Positions 1 through 9,411 of a DNA stretch of 64,000 nt are shown piece by piece. This DNA comes from a virus, in the IMG/VR virus record IMGVR_UViG_3300038393_001027, positions 32,001 through 96,000 of that record; one strand, given 5' to 3'. The first letter of the stretch is position 1, and every line of letters begins with the position of its first letter. The notes under the pieces are model-generated. The model made no database searches. It was not told the DNA's origin and saw only the letters and a list, made by a program, of their open reading frames with translations. The position numbers were made by a program, and so were the translations under genes.

Positions 1-1
1 G

Positions 2-139
2 CAGTTCCTTGACGATCTCAGCAAACTGGGCTGGAGATGACGTCTCGTAGTCGGGGTGATCGAAAGGGCTTAGTGTGCGGGTGAGCGCCGCCGTGATGCG
101 ACTTGCATCAGCGGCGGCCTTCTGCTTCTTTAGGCCCAT
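2..139 (-). CDS. Hypothetical protein, N-terminal part (runs off the left edge)
   Basis: ATG at 139 overlaps the end of the upstream ORF; frame MGLKKQKAAADASRIT... is open to the window edge. Confidence 0.55.
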   Translation of the reverse strand, partial: MGLKKQKAAADASRITAALTRTLSPFDHPDYETSSPAQFAEIVKEL

Positions 140-528
140 ACCACCACATCCCCCAGATAGGTACTGACAAACTCGTCCAGCCGGGGCGTTGCCAGATAGT
201 AGATGCGGGACTCCTGCCGGACCATGCCTGCCTTCCGCAAGGCGTCGAACCGCTTCCGCACAGGCACGTCATGGCAGGTCAGGACTGTGCAGACCTCCTC
301 CGTGGTCACGATGCGGCGGTTGTACAGCATCTCCACGATGCGCTGGGTTAGATCCATGGACGCCTGCCGCTTCGTCGGATGAAGCCGGGCCTCCAGCAGT
401 TGCAGGTCCGTAGTTGTCAGTGGGCGTGTCTCCGGGGTCGCTTGCCCAGAGGCCTTCCAACCCGCAATCTTGGCTTCATAGGTCTGCTGAACGGTCTCTT
501 TCGACTTGTAGCCACCCTTGGGTGCCAT
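130..528 (-). CDS. Putative winged-helix DNA-binding protein
   Basis: 132-aa ORF; C-terminal IVEMLY..TTEEVC..VRKRFDALRKAGMV..IYYL pattern resembles a wHTH. Confidence 0.55.
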   Translation of the reverse strand: MAPKGGYKSKETVQQTYEAKIAGWKASGQATPETRPLTTTDLQLLEARLHPTKRQASMDLTQRIVEMLYNRRIVTTEEVCTVLTCHDVPVRKRFDALRKAGMVRQESRIYYLATPRLDEFVSTYLGDVVVWA

Positions 529-531
529 GGG

Positions 532-858
532 CTACTTCACCTCTTTCTCTTCCACAGGGATAATCTTGAGGACGACACCCGTAGCTGTGATCTCCAGCCG
601 AATGTCCTTCTGGAAGACCACCACGCCCCCCTCGACAACCCGGATGGTGCGCAAAAAGGGGTCATTCGTGTAGAACACACTCTCCGGCTGGGCCTTCCAG
701 CCATTTGCCACACTCTTTAGCGATGCCTCTGCCACGACATTATCAGTGACGAAGGCAAACTTCCGCAGGGCCTGATCAATCATAGTCTGCATGAGATTCT
801 GCGCCGCCTGCAGTTCCAGTGGAATCGGTACGTCAGCCAGCACCAACTTCGCTTGCAT
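532..858 (-). CDS. Hypothetical protein
   Basis: 108-aa ORF with GAGGAGG RBS, packed into the operon. Confidence 0.7.
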   Translation of the reverse strand: MQAKLVLADVPIPLELQAAQNLMQTMIDQALRKFAFVTDNVVAEASLKSVANGWKAQPESVFYTNDPFLRTIRVVEGGVVVFQKDIRLEITATGVVLKIIPVEEKEVK

Positions 859-881
859 GATGTGTCCTCCTCTGGCCCCGG

Positions 882-3800
882 CTACTCAGCCGGGGCGTAC
901 TTGTCTAGGTAGATCAGGAACTTAGCGAGCTTGCGCAGGCCGTATCGGGTCTTTCGGACCAGTTGGTGCTTTGACAGGATGCCGATGACCTGCGTTACTT
1001 CCTGCCGCTCGAAGCCTGTCATGTCCGTGATGTCCGACGCCTTGAGAATATCGTTGCGTCGGAACAGTCGCAGAATCTCCTTACCCTGTCCACCAGCCGC
1101 TGTGAAGTCGAATTGCTGGATCTCCTTCGTGATGGTGGCGGCTTCCTCTTCGGTTAGCTCTGACTCCTCCTTCGCCATGGCACTGTAGCTGTCCAGTCGG
1201 CAGTTCTTGGCGTCGTAAATCAACTCCAAGAACTCGACAACGTAGCGCACATGGTCGGCGGTCACAATGACCTGTTCATGGGTCTTGTCGGTGGAGTGAA
1301 CCAGCGCCGCCGCCGCCACCGCCATGCGGGCCAGCTTGATGCGAAGGTCGGCAGGCTCGCAGAGAGGGATGTTCTGGGCGTGCCCGTACTTGTCGGCCAG
1401 CCGTCCAGCTTCCGCCAGAATCAGATCGACAGCGGGTTCCGTGATGTTCACGTGGTCGGCCCGGCGGCTCCATGCCCACAAGACCGAGTTCTTAATCGTC
1501 TCCGAAGAGATGAGCGAAGTGCGGTTCTCCGGCGGCGGAATCTTGCGGTTCAGGACCTCCTGCGGGACGTCGCCTGATGCCATGAAGACGGCCAAATCCA
1601 GTCGGCGGATGTCGGCCGGGGCGTCGAAGACTGTCTTCAAAGCCTCGACCCCGTACGTAAATTCCCGTAGGGGACGCTTATCACGGGGGTTGGTCATGAG
1701 GAAGAGCCGGGTCCGAGCGTTCGTCTCAGCGTTGATCACCCGGTCCACCTTCAGGACGCCCGTAGAGCGGGATTCCGTCATGCGGCCCAAGTCTTCTGCG
1801 CTCATTTCCGCCAACTCGTCGATCTTGAGTAACTTCCGGTCATTCAGCGGGTACTTACCCCAGTTGATGAACCAACGTTCACCAATCTGCTCCAGACGGT
1901 AAACAAGACCCGTCCGGCTGGCCGACTCACCTGAGACCCCTTCGCCCAGCCCGATAAACTCCATCATGTTGTCGGCAAGCTGGGACTTGGCCTGCCCCGA
2001 GTCACCCACAAGGATGCTCTCCAGCCAACCTCGCTTCACCCGCAAACCTTGGAAGTCGAAACTGAGCACACTGTGGTAAGTCAGAAGCAGAGCCAGCAGG
2101 GCGGCGTCTCGTTCCCAGACGAAGGTGACGTTCTCAGTCAGATCGTCCAAGATGACGTCGATGCGATCGTCCAGCGTCTCGCCCTTCTGGACTTGGAAGA
2201 TGCTCAACGCCTGTTGGATCTCCGGCGTCAGCTTGAACTGGGCTACGTTGTCCTGCAGTGGCTCATGCAGGTCTGCCAACACCGTACCCATCATGTTCTT
2301 GGGGTGCGGGAAGACATACCCGGTTAGCTGGTAGTACTGATTGGCTTCCACCGTCTGACCCACCGTGTAGACCTTACGGGCTACATAGGGTTTCTGGTTT
2401 TCGTCCAATTCCTGCCACTTTGGCGCCTCTTCCGTGCCTGTATTGACGGCCCGGACCCGCTCGGCCATGGGGACCACCAGTAGTTCTTCGACGTTCTGCC
2501 GGGAGACGATCTCCACGTCAACGGTCTTGCAATTGGGCGCCCCGGACCAGTTCCGGATGATGCTGTTCGCCATCTGCTGGTTGACGTTGGTCACCTCGAT
2601 CAGCAGGGGATGCTCAGCCGTGAATGTCCGATCCAGAATGCCGCCCGCCTCACCAACTGGGCACATGTCCCGCTTAGGGCAGGTCTCGTGACCCGTCTCG
2701 TAAGCGCAAAAGTACCGAACCTCTTTTGGGACGATGAAGGGTGTATCCAGCTTGCCTGACACGAGGACCTTCGTCGTGATCTGCTTGCGCGTCAGTTCGG
2801 CGTTGGCCGCATCAGCCAGATGCACCGGAATGGCCCCATCCTCATTCGTGGCATGCTCCGGATGGCAGGGGCACGTCTTGCCTGCGCAGGCCACCTTTTC
2901 AACCTTGCGGCCCTCGCGCTCGCCGTTGAGTGCCCACATGAAGCGGCACCCGAAGTGGTACTGGTCGGACTCGTAGACCGTAGAAACGCAGGTTCGAGTT
3001 GATGCCTTACGGGTGGTTGGGTCCGAACTAGTCAGGGTACCCGGAATCCGCATCACCCAGTCTAGCAAAACCGCTTCGGCCGTCTCCTGCGAATAGCCCA
3101 TGTCCTTTAGGAAGCTTGCCAAAGCCATGGTTGCCTTGTTACGGTCGCTTCCCTTCTTGATGCTGTTCTCCAGAATGTCAGCCACGCAAACAGGCCACGA
3201 CTCGATGATCTCCGTCGGATCAGCGGCCAGAACAGTCTCGTCACCCTCTGACCGGAAGTGATCCGCGATTGAAGTCGTGAGCGCCACCTTCGTCGATCGT
3301 TGCCGGGCCACCTCTTCGTAATCCTGCACTTCATGCAGGTACCATGTCCGGGCACCCTCAACCACCTGCAAGCTGTCCGATGGGTACAGCGGCGTCCGGG
3401 GCTGACTGGCGATGCCGATGTGGTGCGTGATCGGATGCCCTACTTCGTCCGGCGATAGCTCCACCTTAAAGAGCTTGCTCTTCTGATGGATGCTGTTGAC
3501 CAACCGAAGCATACGGCGCTTGGAGTAAATTGATCCGATGTCCAGCGCCTCAAGCCCCAGCAGTTCCCGCAGTTGCAGGGCGATGTGCTTGAAGACCATG
3601 TACAGATCAGAACGCGGTTCAACCCCCAGCGCCCGTGCACTGACCATCACGTGATAGCCCTTGCGCCCAGAGAACCAGAAGCGCACGTCTTCTGCCTTCA
3701 GACCCATCGTCCGGATGAAGAACTCCCGAAGCTTGATAGCATCTGACTGGCTCACCGTGAGGTTGCCATACCAGCGCAGATCCTTCAGAACGGGTACCGC

Positions 3801-4289
3801 CTGTGTGGATGCCACCAGCGCCTTCAGCTTGGGGTTACTCTCGATCTGATCAGAGTCCCTTTTATCAAAAGTATCGCCCGCCAGCGCCCGGATGGTGAAG
3901 ATCTGCTCCGTAGACGGGTCGATGTCCATGTTTTTCCACTGATCCAAGGCGATAGCCAGCGCCTTGGGCAGGTGTGGCATGATCTGATCCAGCGTGATCC
4001 GGCCAGCCTGCAGAAGCTTGAAAATACCTTGGTCACAGTCAAGGTCGAAGTAGAGCGGCATGAACATGACTTCATCTTCCATAGGCGCTGGGATCCGCCA
4101 CAAATTCACCGTGGCGAAAACGTTGAAGTTGGCCTTCTGCGCTTGGAAGTCGTGTACATCTGTGACCTTGACGCGATTCCACTGTGTCCGGTTTCCAGTA
4201 GCCGGGTCTTCGGCGTAGGTGTCTACGTAGATGAACTCACTGAGGTCGTAACCCCCGGCCTGTTGGGAGGCCTTGCGTTTGCGTCCCAT
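882..4289 (-). CDS. AEP primase (PriS-like plus PriL-like Cys domain) fused to an MCM-like AAA+ helicase
   Basis: AEP motifs YFDLD, SGRKGYH, RMLRL; Cys-rich PriL-like segment; Zn-binding Cys cluster; Walker A GDSGQAKS, Walker B LKIDE, TNP sensor, RRLD arginine finger; C-terminal wHTH. Confidence 0.85.
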   Translation of the reverse strand: MGRKRKASQQAGGYDLSEFIYVDTYAEDPATGNRTQWNRVKVTDVHDFQAQKANFNVFATVNLWRIPAPMEDEVMFMPLYFDLDCDQGIFKLLQAGRITLDQIMPHLPKALAIALDQWKNMDIDPSTEQIFTIRALAGDTFDKRDSDQIESNPKLKALVASTQAVPVLKDLRWYGNLTVSQSDAIKLREFFIRTMGLKAEDVRFWFSGRKGYHVMVSARALGVEPRSDLYMVFKHIALQLRELLGLEALDIGSIYSKRRMLRLVNSIHQKSKLFKVELSPDEVGHPITHHIGIASQPRTPLYPSDSLQVVEGARTWYLHEVQDYEEVARQRSTKVALTTSIADHFRSEGDETVLAADPTEIIESWPVCVADILENSIKKGSDRNKATMALASFLKDMGYSQETAEAVLLDWVMRIPGTLTSSDPTTRKASTRTCVSTVYESDQYHFGCRFMWALNGEREGRKVEKVACAGKTCPCHPEHATNEDGAIPVHLADAANAELTRKQITTKVLVSGKLDTPFIVPKEVRYFCAYETGHETCPKRDMCPVGEAGGILDRTFTAEHPLLIEVTNVNQQMANSIIRNWSGAPNCKTVDVEIVSRQNVEELLVVPMAERVRAVNTGTEEAPKWQELDENQKPYVARKVYTVGQTVEANQYYQLTGYVFPHPKNMMGTVLADLHEPLQDNVAQFKLTPEIQQALSIFQVQKGETLDDRIDVILDDLTENVTFVWERDAALLALLLTYHSVLSFDFQGLRVKRGWLESILVGDSGQAKSQLADNMMEFIGLGEGVSGESASRTGLVYRLEQIGERWFINWGKYPLNDRKLLKIDELAEMSAEDLGRMTESRSTGVLKVDRVINAETNARTRLFLMTNPRDKRPLREFTYGVEALKTVFDAPADIRRLDLAVFMASGDVPQEVLNRKIPPPENRTSLISSETIKNSVLWAWSRRADHVNITEPAVDLILAEAGRLADKYGHAQNIPLCEPADLRIKLARMAVAAAALVHSTDKTHEQVIVTADHVRYVVEFLELIYDAKNCRLDSYSAMAKEESELTEEEAATITKEIQQFDFTAAGGQGKEILRLFRRNDILKASDITDMTGFERQEVTQVIGILSKHQLVRKTRYGLRKLAKFLIYLDKYAPAE

Positions 4290-4327
4290 GGGCGCCCTCC
4301 CGTGTTCTGCACGTTGTTAGGGAATGG

Positions 4328-4362
4328 AAAGAGCCGCCGCCCGCTATTGGGCGGCGGCTCTT
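4328..4362 (-). terminator. Hairpin/possible intrinsic terminator between SSB-like and primase-helicase genes
   Basis: 14-bp stem AAGAGCCGCCGCCC/GGGCGGCGGCTCTT; short U tract on minus strand. Confidence 0.55.
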
Positions 4363-4374
4363 CGCCTTGTGGAA

Positions 4375-5244
4375 CTAGCCAACCTGAACGTCACCGTCAG
4401 CGTTCGCCATCTCGGAGACGAGGCCGATGGCTTGGAAGACGAACTGGGACCACGTAATGGGCTTACCCTCGATGGTCTTGGTCACCCGGCGCACCGTGAC
4501 ACGGGTCACAACGTCAGCCAGCGACAGCGGCTGGTTTGGGGTGCCCTTGAACTCGCCGCGCTCCGGGTGGACGTACCAGCCGTTGTTGTTGCCGTTCGGG
4601 CCGAAGCTGACCGCCTTGCGGGGGTCACGGGCCGACCGGAGGTAGGCCATGTCGTCCTTGCTGGCAACCTCGCCCTTGGCAAGGGCCTTGGCGTAGTCGA
4701 TGAAGGCGATGCCCGAGGTGGTAGAGCAGGCCAGCACGTGCTCACGCATCGTGCTCTCCATCTCATCCCACTCTTGGAAGGTCAGGTCGTACTTCATCTT
4801 GCACTTCTTGAACTTGGGGCAGGTGGCGCAGATCAGGCCGTCAACCGACGTCTTGTGGTTGTCGATCGACATGCACATGCCGCCCTCTTCGATCTGCTCG
4901 CCCTGATCGTTCTTGGCGGGCCACCACTGATGGTACTTCATGCCCTTGAGGATGTCCGTGCCGGGGATGATCAGTTCAGTCACCCGCAGGCCATCCAGCG
5001 CCTTGTAGACCAACTCGGTGCCGTCAGCCACGACACGGGAGCGGGAATCGCCGCCCTCGTCGTCCAGCCCAAGGTTCGGGTTAAGCTCACCCAGCTTCAT
5101 CGGGCCGCCCGTGTACTCACCCACGGCGCCCCCCTGCGGGGTGGTGCTCACGTTGTTCTGGGGCTGGGTCTGCTCAGCCGGGGTGTTGTTGATGATCTCC
5201 GGGTCCTGCTCAACGGTCGTCGGGCTCTTGCGTGACTTCAACAT
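4375..5244 (-). CDS. Putative Zn-binding single-stranded DNA-binding/recombination protein
   Basis: Start at 5244 behind GAGGAGG; C..D..G..CATCP..C motif, acidic C-terminus, directly upstream of the primase-helicase. Confidence 0.5.
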   Translation of the reverse strand: MLKSRKSPTTVEQDPEIINNTPAEQTQPQNNVSTTPQGGAVGEYTGGPMKLGELNPNLGLDDEGGDSRSRVVADGTELVYKALDGLRVTELIIPGTDILKGMKYHQWWPAKNDQGEQIEEGGMCMSIDNHKTSVDGLICATCPKFKKCKMKYDLTFQEWDEMESTMREHVLACSTTSGIAFIDYAKALAKGEVASKDDMAYLRSARDPRKAVSFGPNGNNNGWYVHPERGEFKGTPNQPLSLADVVTRVTVRRVTKTIEGKPITWSQFVFQAIGLVSEMANADGDVQVG

Positions 5245-5374
5245 GGTTGGGTCCTCCTCGTTACGTCGTCGCATCGTTACATCGTTACATCGCTACGTGA
5301 GGCCGGGGCCGGGGCCGGGGCCGGGCGGCCCACTTGGTTAGCCCGGTCAAGCCTAGGCTACCAGTTGATGGCCT

Positions 5375-5647
5375 TTACTGATTCTGGACCGGGGCCGGGA
5401 ACTCCTGCTGGCTGGTGGAAGATTTTTCAGCGGCTTTTTCCACACAAAGCCGAAGCTTATCAGGGTCAAAGCGCCGGATCTCATACGTACCAGAGGAGTT
5501 TATATTGAAGTATGGACGGGGAAGGCCGTACCCTTCCCACTCGGCCAGTCGCTTGTAGAAGGTGCTTCTGGACTTCACGCCCAGAAACGCCATAGCCTGT
5601 GCCATCGTCCACATCGTATTGGGGTGGGGGATATGATCTACGTGCAT
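5375..5647 (-). CDS. Xis/AlpA-like helix-turn-helix protein
   Basis: WTMAQAMAFLGVKSRSTFYKR..LPRP..RRFD pattern; GAGG RBS; TATAAT upstream. Confidence 0.7.
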   Translation of the reverse strand: MHVDHIPHPNTMWTMAQAMAFLGVKSRSTFYKRLAEWEGYGLPRPYFNINSSGTYEIRRFDPDKLRLCVEKAAEKSSTSQQEFPAPVQNQ

Positions 5648-5736
5648 GCTGTGACGCCTCCTTTCTGGGCCTATTATAACCCGTAGGCGCCACTTTATGC
5701 ACGTCTTTGGACAATTTTTCGGGTAGGGACGGCGCC

Positions 5737-5982
5737 CTAGCGTTTCGCCGGGCGCCGGGGGTCGTTCTCCGGCCAGATGATGGCCGCCGGGAACTTATCC
5801 TTCAGCAAGAACAGGACACCTAGGAAGCCCTTCTTGCAGGGGGCGCAAGCTCGAACCTCCGTTGTAGGCGGGGTCATGCCGGGCCGGGCTGGTTTGTTCA
5901 GCCCCTCGATCGTCTCCAGCTTCTCGTCCGGGGACAGTTCCCGGTTGCAGGCCGGGCAGTAGCGGGGTGCGTTGGGTGGCAT
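5737..5982 (-). CDS. Small Zn-finger protein
   Basis: CPAC..CAPC pairs; GGAGGTG RBS. Confidence 0.65.
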   Translation of the reverse strand: MPPNAPRYCPACNRELSPDEKLETIEGLNKPARPGMTPPTTEVRACAPCKKGFLGVLFLLKDKFPAAIIWPENDPRRPAKR

Positions 5983-6010
5983 GGAGCCGGGTCACCTCCT
6001 TGGGCCTTTG

Positions 6011-6038
6011 GTACACCAGCCAAATCAGGGCTGTGACA
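6011..6038 (-). promoter_or_regulatory. Repeated promoter-like motif, copy 1 (TGTCACA-N15-GTGTAC)
   Basis: Variant of the motif found 8 times in intergenic positions. Confidence 0.6.
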
Positions 6039-6043
6039 GCAAC

Positions 6044-6685
6044 TTAGTTGTTGCCCCAGTCACCGGGATCATACCCCATCGGGTACGGGTCATCTGGATC
6101 ATGACGCCAGCGGCGCCCGCCGCCGCCATATCCCCGTCGGGGCCGGGGCTTACGGATGATCCGGCCGTCTTCGGTCACGTCGTCGCAGGCGAAGGTGCAC
6201 TTGGGGTAGTTCGAGCATCCATAGAAGGTGCCGCTCTCGTCTTTGCGACTCCGCTTAACCAATACGCCGCCCAGCCGCCCGCGCTGTTTGCATTCAGGAC
6301 ACGTCACCGGGGCCGCCGTTGTCATTAGCCGCCCGGTAGAGTCACGGGTGAAGTTGAACTCGCCCGGCGGAATGGCTTCAACCCGCGCCTGCCCCTTGCG
6401 CCGGGCTTCTTCACGGTATTGCTCTGCCATACGGCGCCGCTCAGCGGCCAGCCGGGCTTCTTCGGCTTCGTTCTTCTGGCGCTTGGCTTCCATGGCGTCC
6501 ATTTCAGCTTCCCAGACCGCATGCCCAGCTTCTCGGACCATCTCCTCAGCCCAGTCCAACATCTTCTGGGCTGAGACGGTTCCTTCACCACCGCAGACAA
6601 GGCAAGCACGGGTGTGGCTTGCACCGAAGCGGCCGAAGCGTTCACCGCCACAGCCGTAGCAGGTGAAGCTCTTTGGTGCTGTCAT
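6044..6685 (-). CDS. Protein with DnaJ-like Zn finger, coiled coil and topoisomerase I-type C4 Zn ribbon
   Basis: CYGCGG..CLVCGGEG; CPEC..FYGCSNYPKCTF. Confidence 0.65.
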   Translation of the reverse strand: MTAPKSFTCYGCGGERFGRFGASHTRACLVCGGEGTVSAQKMLDWAEEMVREAGHAVWEAEMDAMEAKRQKNEAEEARLAAERRRMAEQYREEARRKGQARVEAIPPGEFNFTRDSTGRLMTTAAPVTCPECKQRGRLGGVLVKRSRKDESGTFYGCSNYPKCTFACDDVTEDGRIIRKPRPRRGYGGGGRRWRHDPDDPYPMGYDPGDWGNN

Positions 6686-7068
6686 CGTGCGGCACCTGCC
6701 CGGTTGATCGGCCAGCGGATGTCAATTTCCACATCCAGATGCGCCGCCCAAGCCATGATCTGGTTGCGAAGCTCTTCCCACGAATGCCCAACGCCCACGC
6801 CCGGCCGGATCAGCAGGGCTGTGCGTTCGTCCCCAAAGGGAACAAAGATCCAGCCGCACCGACTAAACGGTCCCCAGTCGAAGGCCAGAAATAGGGCCTC
6901 GTGCATGTACTGCACGTCCTTGTTGGCCATCACCAGCAGGATGCCCCTGTCGGCGTAGAAGGCCTCTTCAAAGTCCGGGGCGCCCGGCAGGGGCCGGATG
7001 GCCCCCTCCGTTAGCTCCCGAACGGTCTCAGCGTCAAGAGTCTTGGGTTGATCCCAAGGTTCAGCCAT
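6682..7068 (-). CDS. Hypothetical protein
   Basis: 128-aa ORF overlapping both neighbours. Confidence 0.65.
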   Translation of the reverse strand: MAEPWDQPKTLDAETVRELTEGAIRPLPGAPDFEEAFYADRGILLVMANKDVQYMHEALFLAFDWGPFSRCGWIFVPFGDERTALLIRPGVGVGHSWEELRNQIMAWAAHLDVEIDIRWPINRAGAAR

Positions 7069-7234
7069 TTGGTTCTACCACCTTTACGTCCAGTCGCTTG
7101 GTGATGATGTCCCCGTTGGCGAAGTTTGCATTCTGCAAGGCTTCCGCTGGGGTGTCATACTCTTCAACCGTGTAGCCATCATGGTGATTCAAAAATTTGA
7201 TCAGCAGGTAGGGTTTCGGCTTGGTGTTAGCCAT
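7061..7234 (-). CDS. Hypothetical protein
   Basis: MANTKPKP start behind GGAGGAGG. Confidence 0.6.
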   Translation of the reverse strand: MANTKPKPYLLIKFLNHHDGYTVEEYDTPAEALQNANFANGDIITKRLDVKVVEPNG

Positions 7235-9410
7235 CAGTTTTCGCCTCCTCCCAGAAGCGGTTTGGCGGTAGCCCAGCATCCTTGCGGATCTTGTTGTAGC
7301 CACTCGGACCCAACCAGATGCACACTCGGAAGGTCATCTTCGCCTGCCACGGGTCCTCGATGGCCCAGTCCATCGGATCGAGCCGTTGGAGGATGGGATT
7401 CCCCCGGTAGGCGACGTTCCCAGCCGTCCAGTGCTGGAGAACATCCGGCAAATCGGAAACTTCACAACCACAGAGAAGCGCCAACGCCGCCGCCGTAGTG
7501 GGCTTGAAATAAGCCTGAAAAGGGGCTTCTTTCCCTGTCCCCGTGACGAAACAAGCTCGCTTCTTTGTGGTGCTCGCTATGCTATGATCCCACTTCAGCG
7601 TACACAATCCAACGTCACCGCTGTCCCCGCTAAGCCATGCCTTAGACACATGGGCGCCCGTCACGTAACGTGTTTCGTGCTTACCGCTTTCACGCCACGT
7701 CCCCGGAACCCAGACCGTCTGGTACAGACCACAGATGTTCTGTGATTCAATCACATGACCGAAGCCGCCGTCATGCTTCAGATCGGGTGCTAGGAATTCA
7801 CCGCAGGCCACCGCCCGCAGAAGCGCTGGGGCGTTCGCCTTGATGCGTTCTTCATACCACTCGGCGATCTCGGCCCGACGTTCTACAAACTCGGCCCACG
7901 CCGCCTGCTGGATGCGCTTCGCAAGATTGTAGCGGGCCACCCAGTAGCGGTCAGCTTCGATGTCTTCAACCGTGCCAAACTTCTTGGCGTCCAGCGACTC
8001 GAATCCCACATGCACGATGTTCCTTTCGGCGTCAGTGATGAAGTGCGAGCGCTTGGCTTTCACCAGAGCCACCGCCTTTTCCACCGACGCCGGAAGCGAC
8101 AAGATACCTTGCTCATCAGGACCAACCTTGTTTAGGTCGTCTGCCGTTACCCGGTCCTTGTAGCGGTCCACCAACCAGAACGTCTCACCCGATGCGGCAC
8201 GGCGCCACTTACCGCGCTTCAACGCCAGATCGTGGTCAGTGATCTCCTCAACCGTGATGGGCGGAAGCTCCAGCGGCTTGTAGCGGCTCAGGTCCATGAG
8301 CGCCTTCCCGGCACCTAACGCCTCCGGTACGCGCACCATCTCGCCTGTATACGAAAGGCGTTTCGTCCGATAGCCCTCCACCCAGAACTTGTGCTTGAGC
8401 AGGCCAAAGACCATGATGAGCCAAACGATCTGCTCCGGTTGAAGGTCTGCCACCCTCACAAGCGGCTCGGGCCGCTCCTGATAACGCACCAGCCCAGTCC
8501 GATGCGTCTTGTCGTGAGTCATATCGCCGCTTTCGTTGACCTTAATGCCCAACACCTGATAGGGGAACCAGTACTGTGACGCCCGCTCGTCGAAGCGCCG
8601 TCCTTTCGACCGGGACCGCGACATACTGTTCTGCAGAGGGTGCGCGTTCTCCGTCTTGTCGGTCACCAGTGAGATGGTAGCGCCATTCTTGACGCCGAAG
8701 GCGAAATAGCTCTCCTCTGCATCAGGCTCCCACAGGATCGCCAACACCACGCCTGACGGGGCGCTCGGGTGTGTGAGTGACCGGATCATGGAGTTTACGT
8801 TCCAGTACCGGGCCACTTCCCGATAGAAGATCGGTTCGGCCCCGTCCGAATCACCCTGCATGAACTGATGCGTTGAGAGGCGCTTCGCACCATTCAAAGC
8901 ATCCCGGCGCAGGAAGGCCATGGCGTGCTTATCATCCAGCAGGTCAAAGACATCTTCCCGGTCGATTCCCCAGTCCTCCAACGTGCGGAACATGCCCGCC
9001 CGAAAGTCGTCCCGGTGCGCATTCAGATCCGGGGACCGCAGTAGGCCGAAGAGTTCCTTTGCAAGTGCTACGTCCTCTTCCACTTCCTGCAACTGTGCCT
9101 TCAGATGCGGGCTAACAAACTCCGGCCCCAACAGGCAGATGACAGGCAATGTCCACTCCGACAGGTACTCTTCCAGATAGTAGTCCAACAGAAGCATGGT
9201 GAGCAGGCCGCTGGGATCCAAGTCAGCCGCATCCTTCAAATCTTCGTGGGCGTCGTGCAGATGTCCCCAGCGCATACTAAAGCTGGTAACTCCCCGCTCG
9301 TCTTCCACACCCTGCTTCTTGAAGGTCAGCTTCTGCCAAAGCTCCAGTGCCTTTTCGACCTGACCTGTGAGGCCCCCCGGCTGGGGGGCCTCCTTCCTCT
9401 TCGCGCCCAT
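7227..9410 (-). CDS. Large hypothetical protein (727 aa)
   Basis: Long ORF; no motif recognised. Confidence 0.8.
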   Translation of the reverse strand: MGAKRKEAPQPGGLTGQVEKALELWQKLTFKKQGVEDERGVTSFSMRWGHLHDAHEDLKDAADLDPSGLLTMLLLDYYLEEYLSEWTLPVICLLGPEFVSPHLKAQLQEVEEDVALAKELFGLLRSPDLNAHRDDFRAGMFRTLEDWGIDREDVFDLLDDKHAMAFLRRDALNGAKRLSTHQFMQGDSDGAEPIFYREVARYWNVNSMIRSLTHPSAPSGVVLAILWEPDAEESYFAFGVKNGATISLVTDKTENAHPLQNSMSRSRSKGRRFDERASQYWFPYQVLGIKVNESGDMTHDKTHRTGLVRYQERPEPLVRVADLQPEQIVWLIMVFGLLKHKFWVEGYRTKRLSYTGEMVRVPEALGAGKALMDLSRYKPLELPPITVEEITDHDLALKRGKWRRAASGETFWLVDRYKDRVTADDLNKVGPDEQGILSLPASVEKAVALVKAKRSHFITDAERNIVHVGFESLDAKKFGTVEDIEADRYWVARYNLAKRIQQAAWAEFVERRAEIAEWYEERIKANAPALLRAVACGEFLAPDLKHDGGFGHVIESQNICGLYQTVWVPGTWRESGKHETRYVTGAHVSKAWLSGDSGDVGLCTLKWDHSIASTTKKRACFVTGTGKEAPFQAYFKPTTAAALALLCGCEVSDLPDVLQHWTAGNVAYRGNPILQRLDPMDWAIEDPWQAKMTFRVCIWLGPSGYNKIRKDAGLPPNRFWEEAKTDG

Positions 9411-9411
9411 G

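Noticed and set aside
5375-5647. Excisionase as evidence of an integration module
   Set aside because: No integrase or att site in the window; the fold is also common in plain regulators
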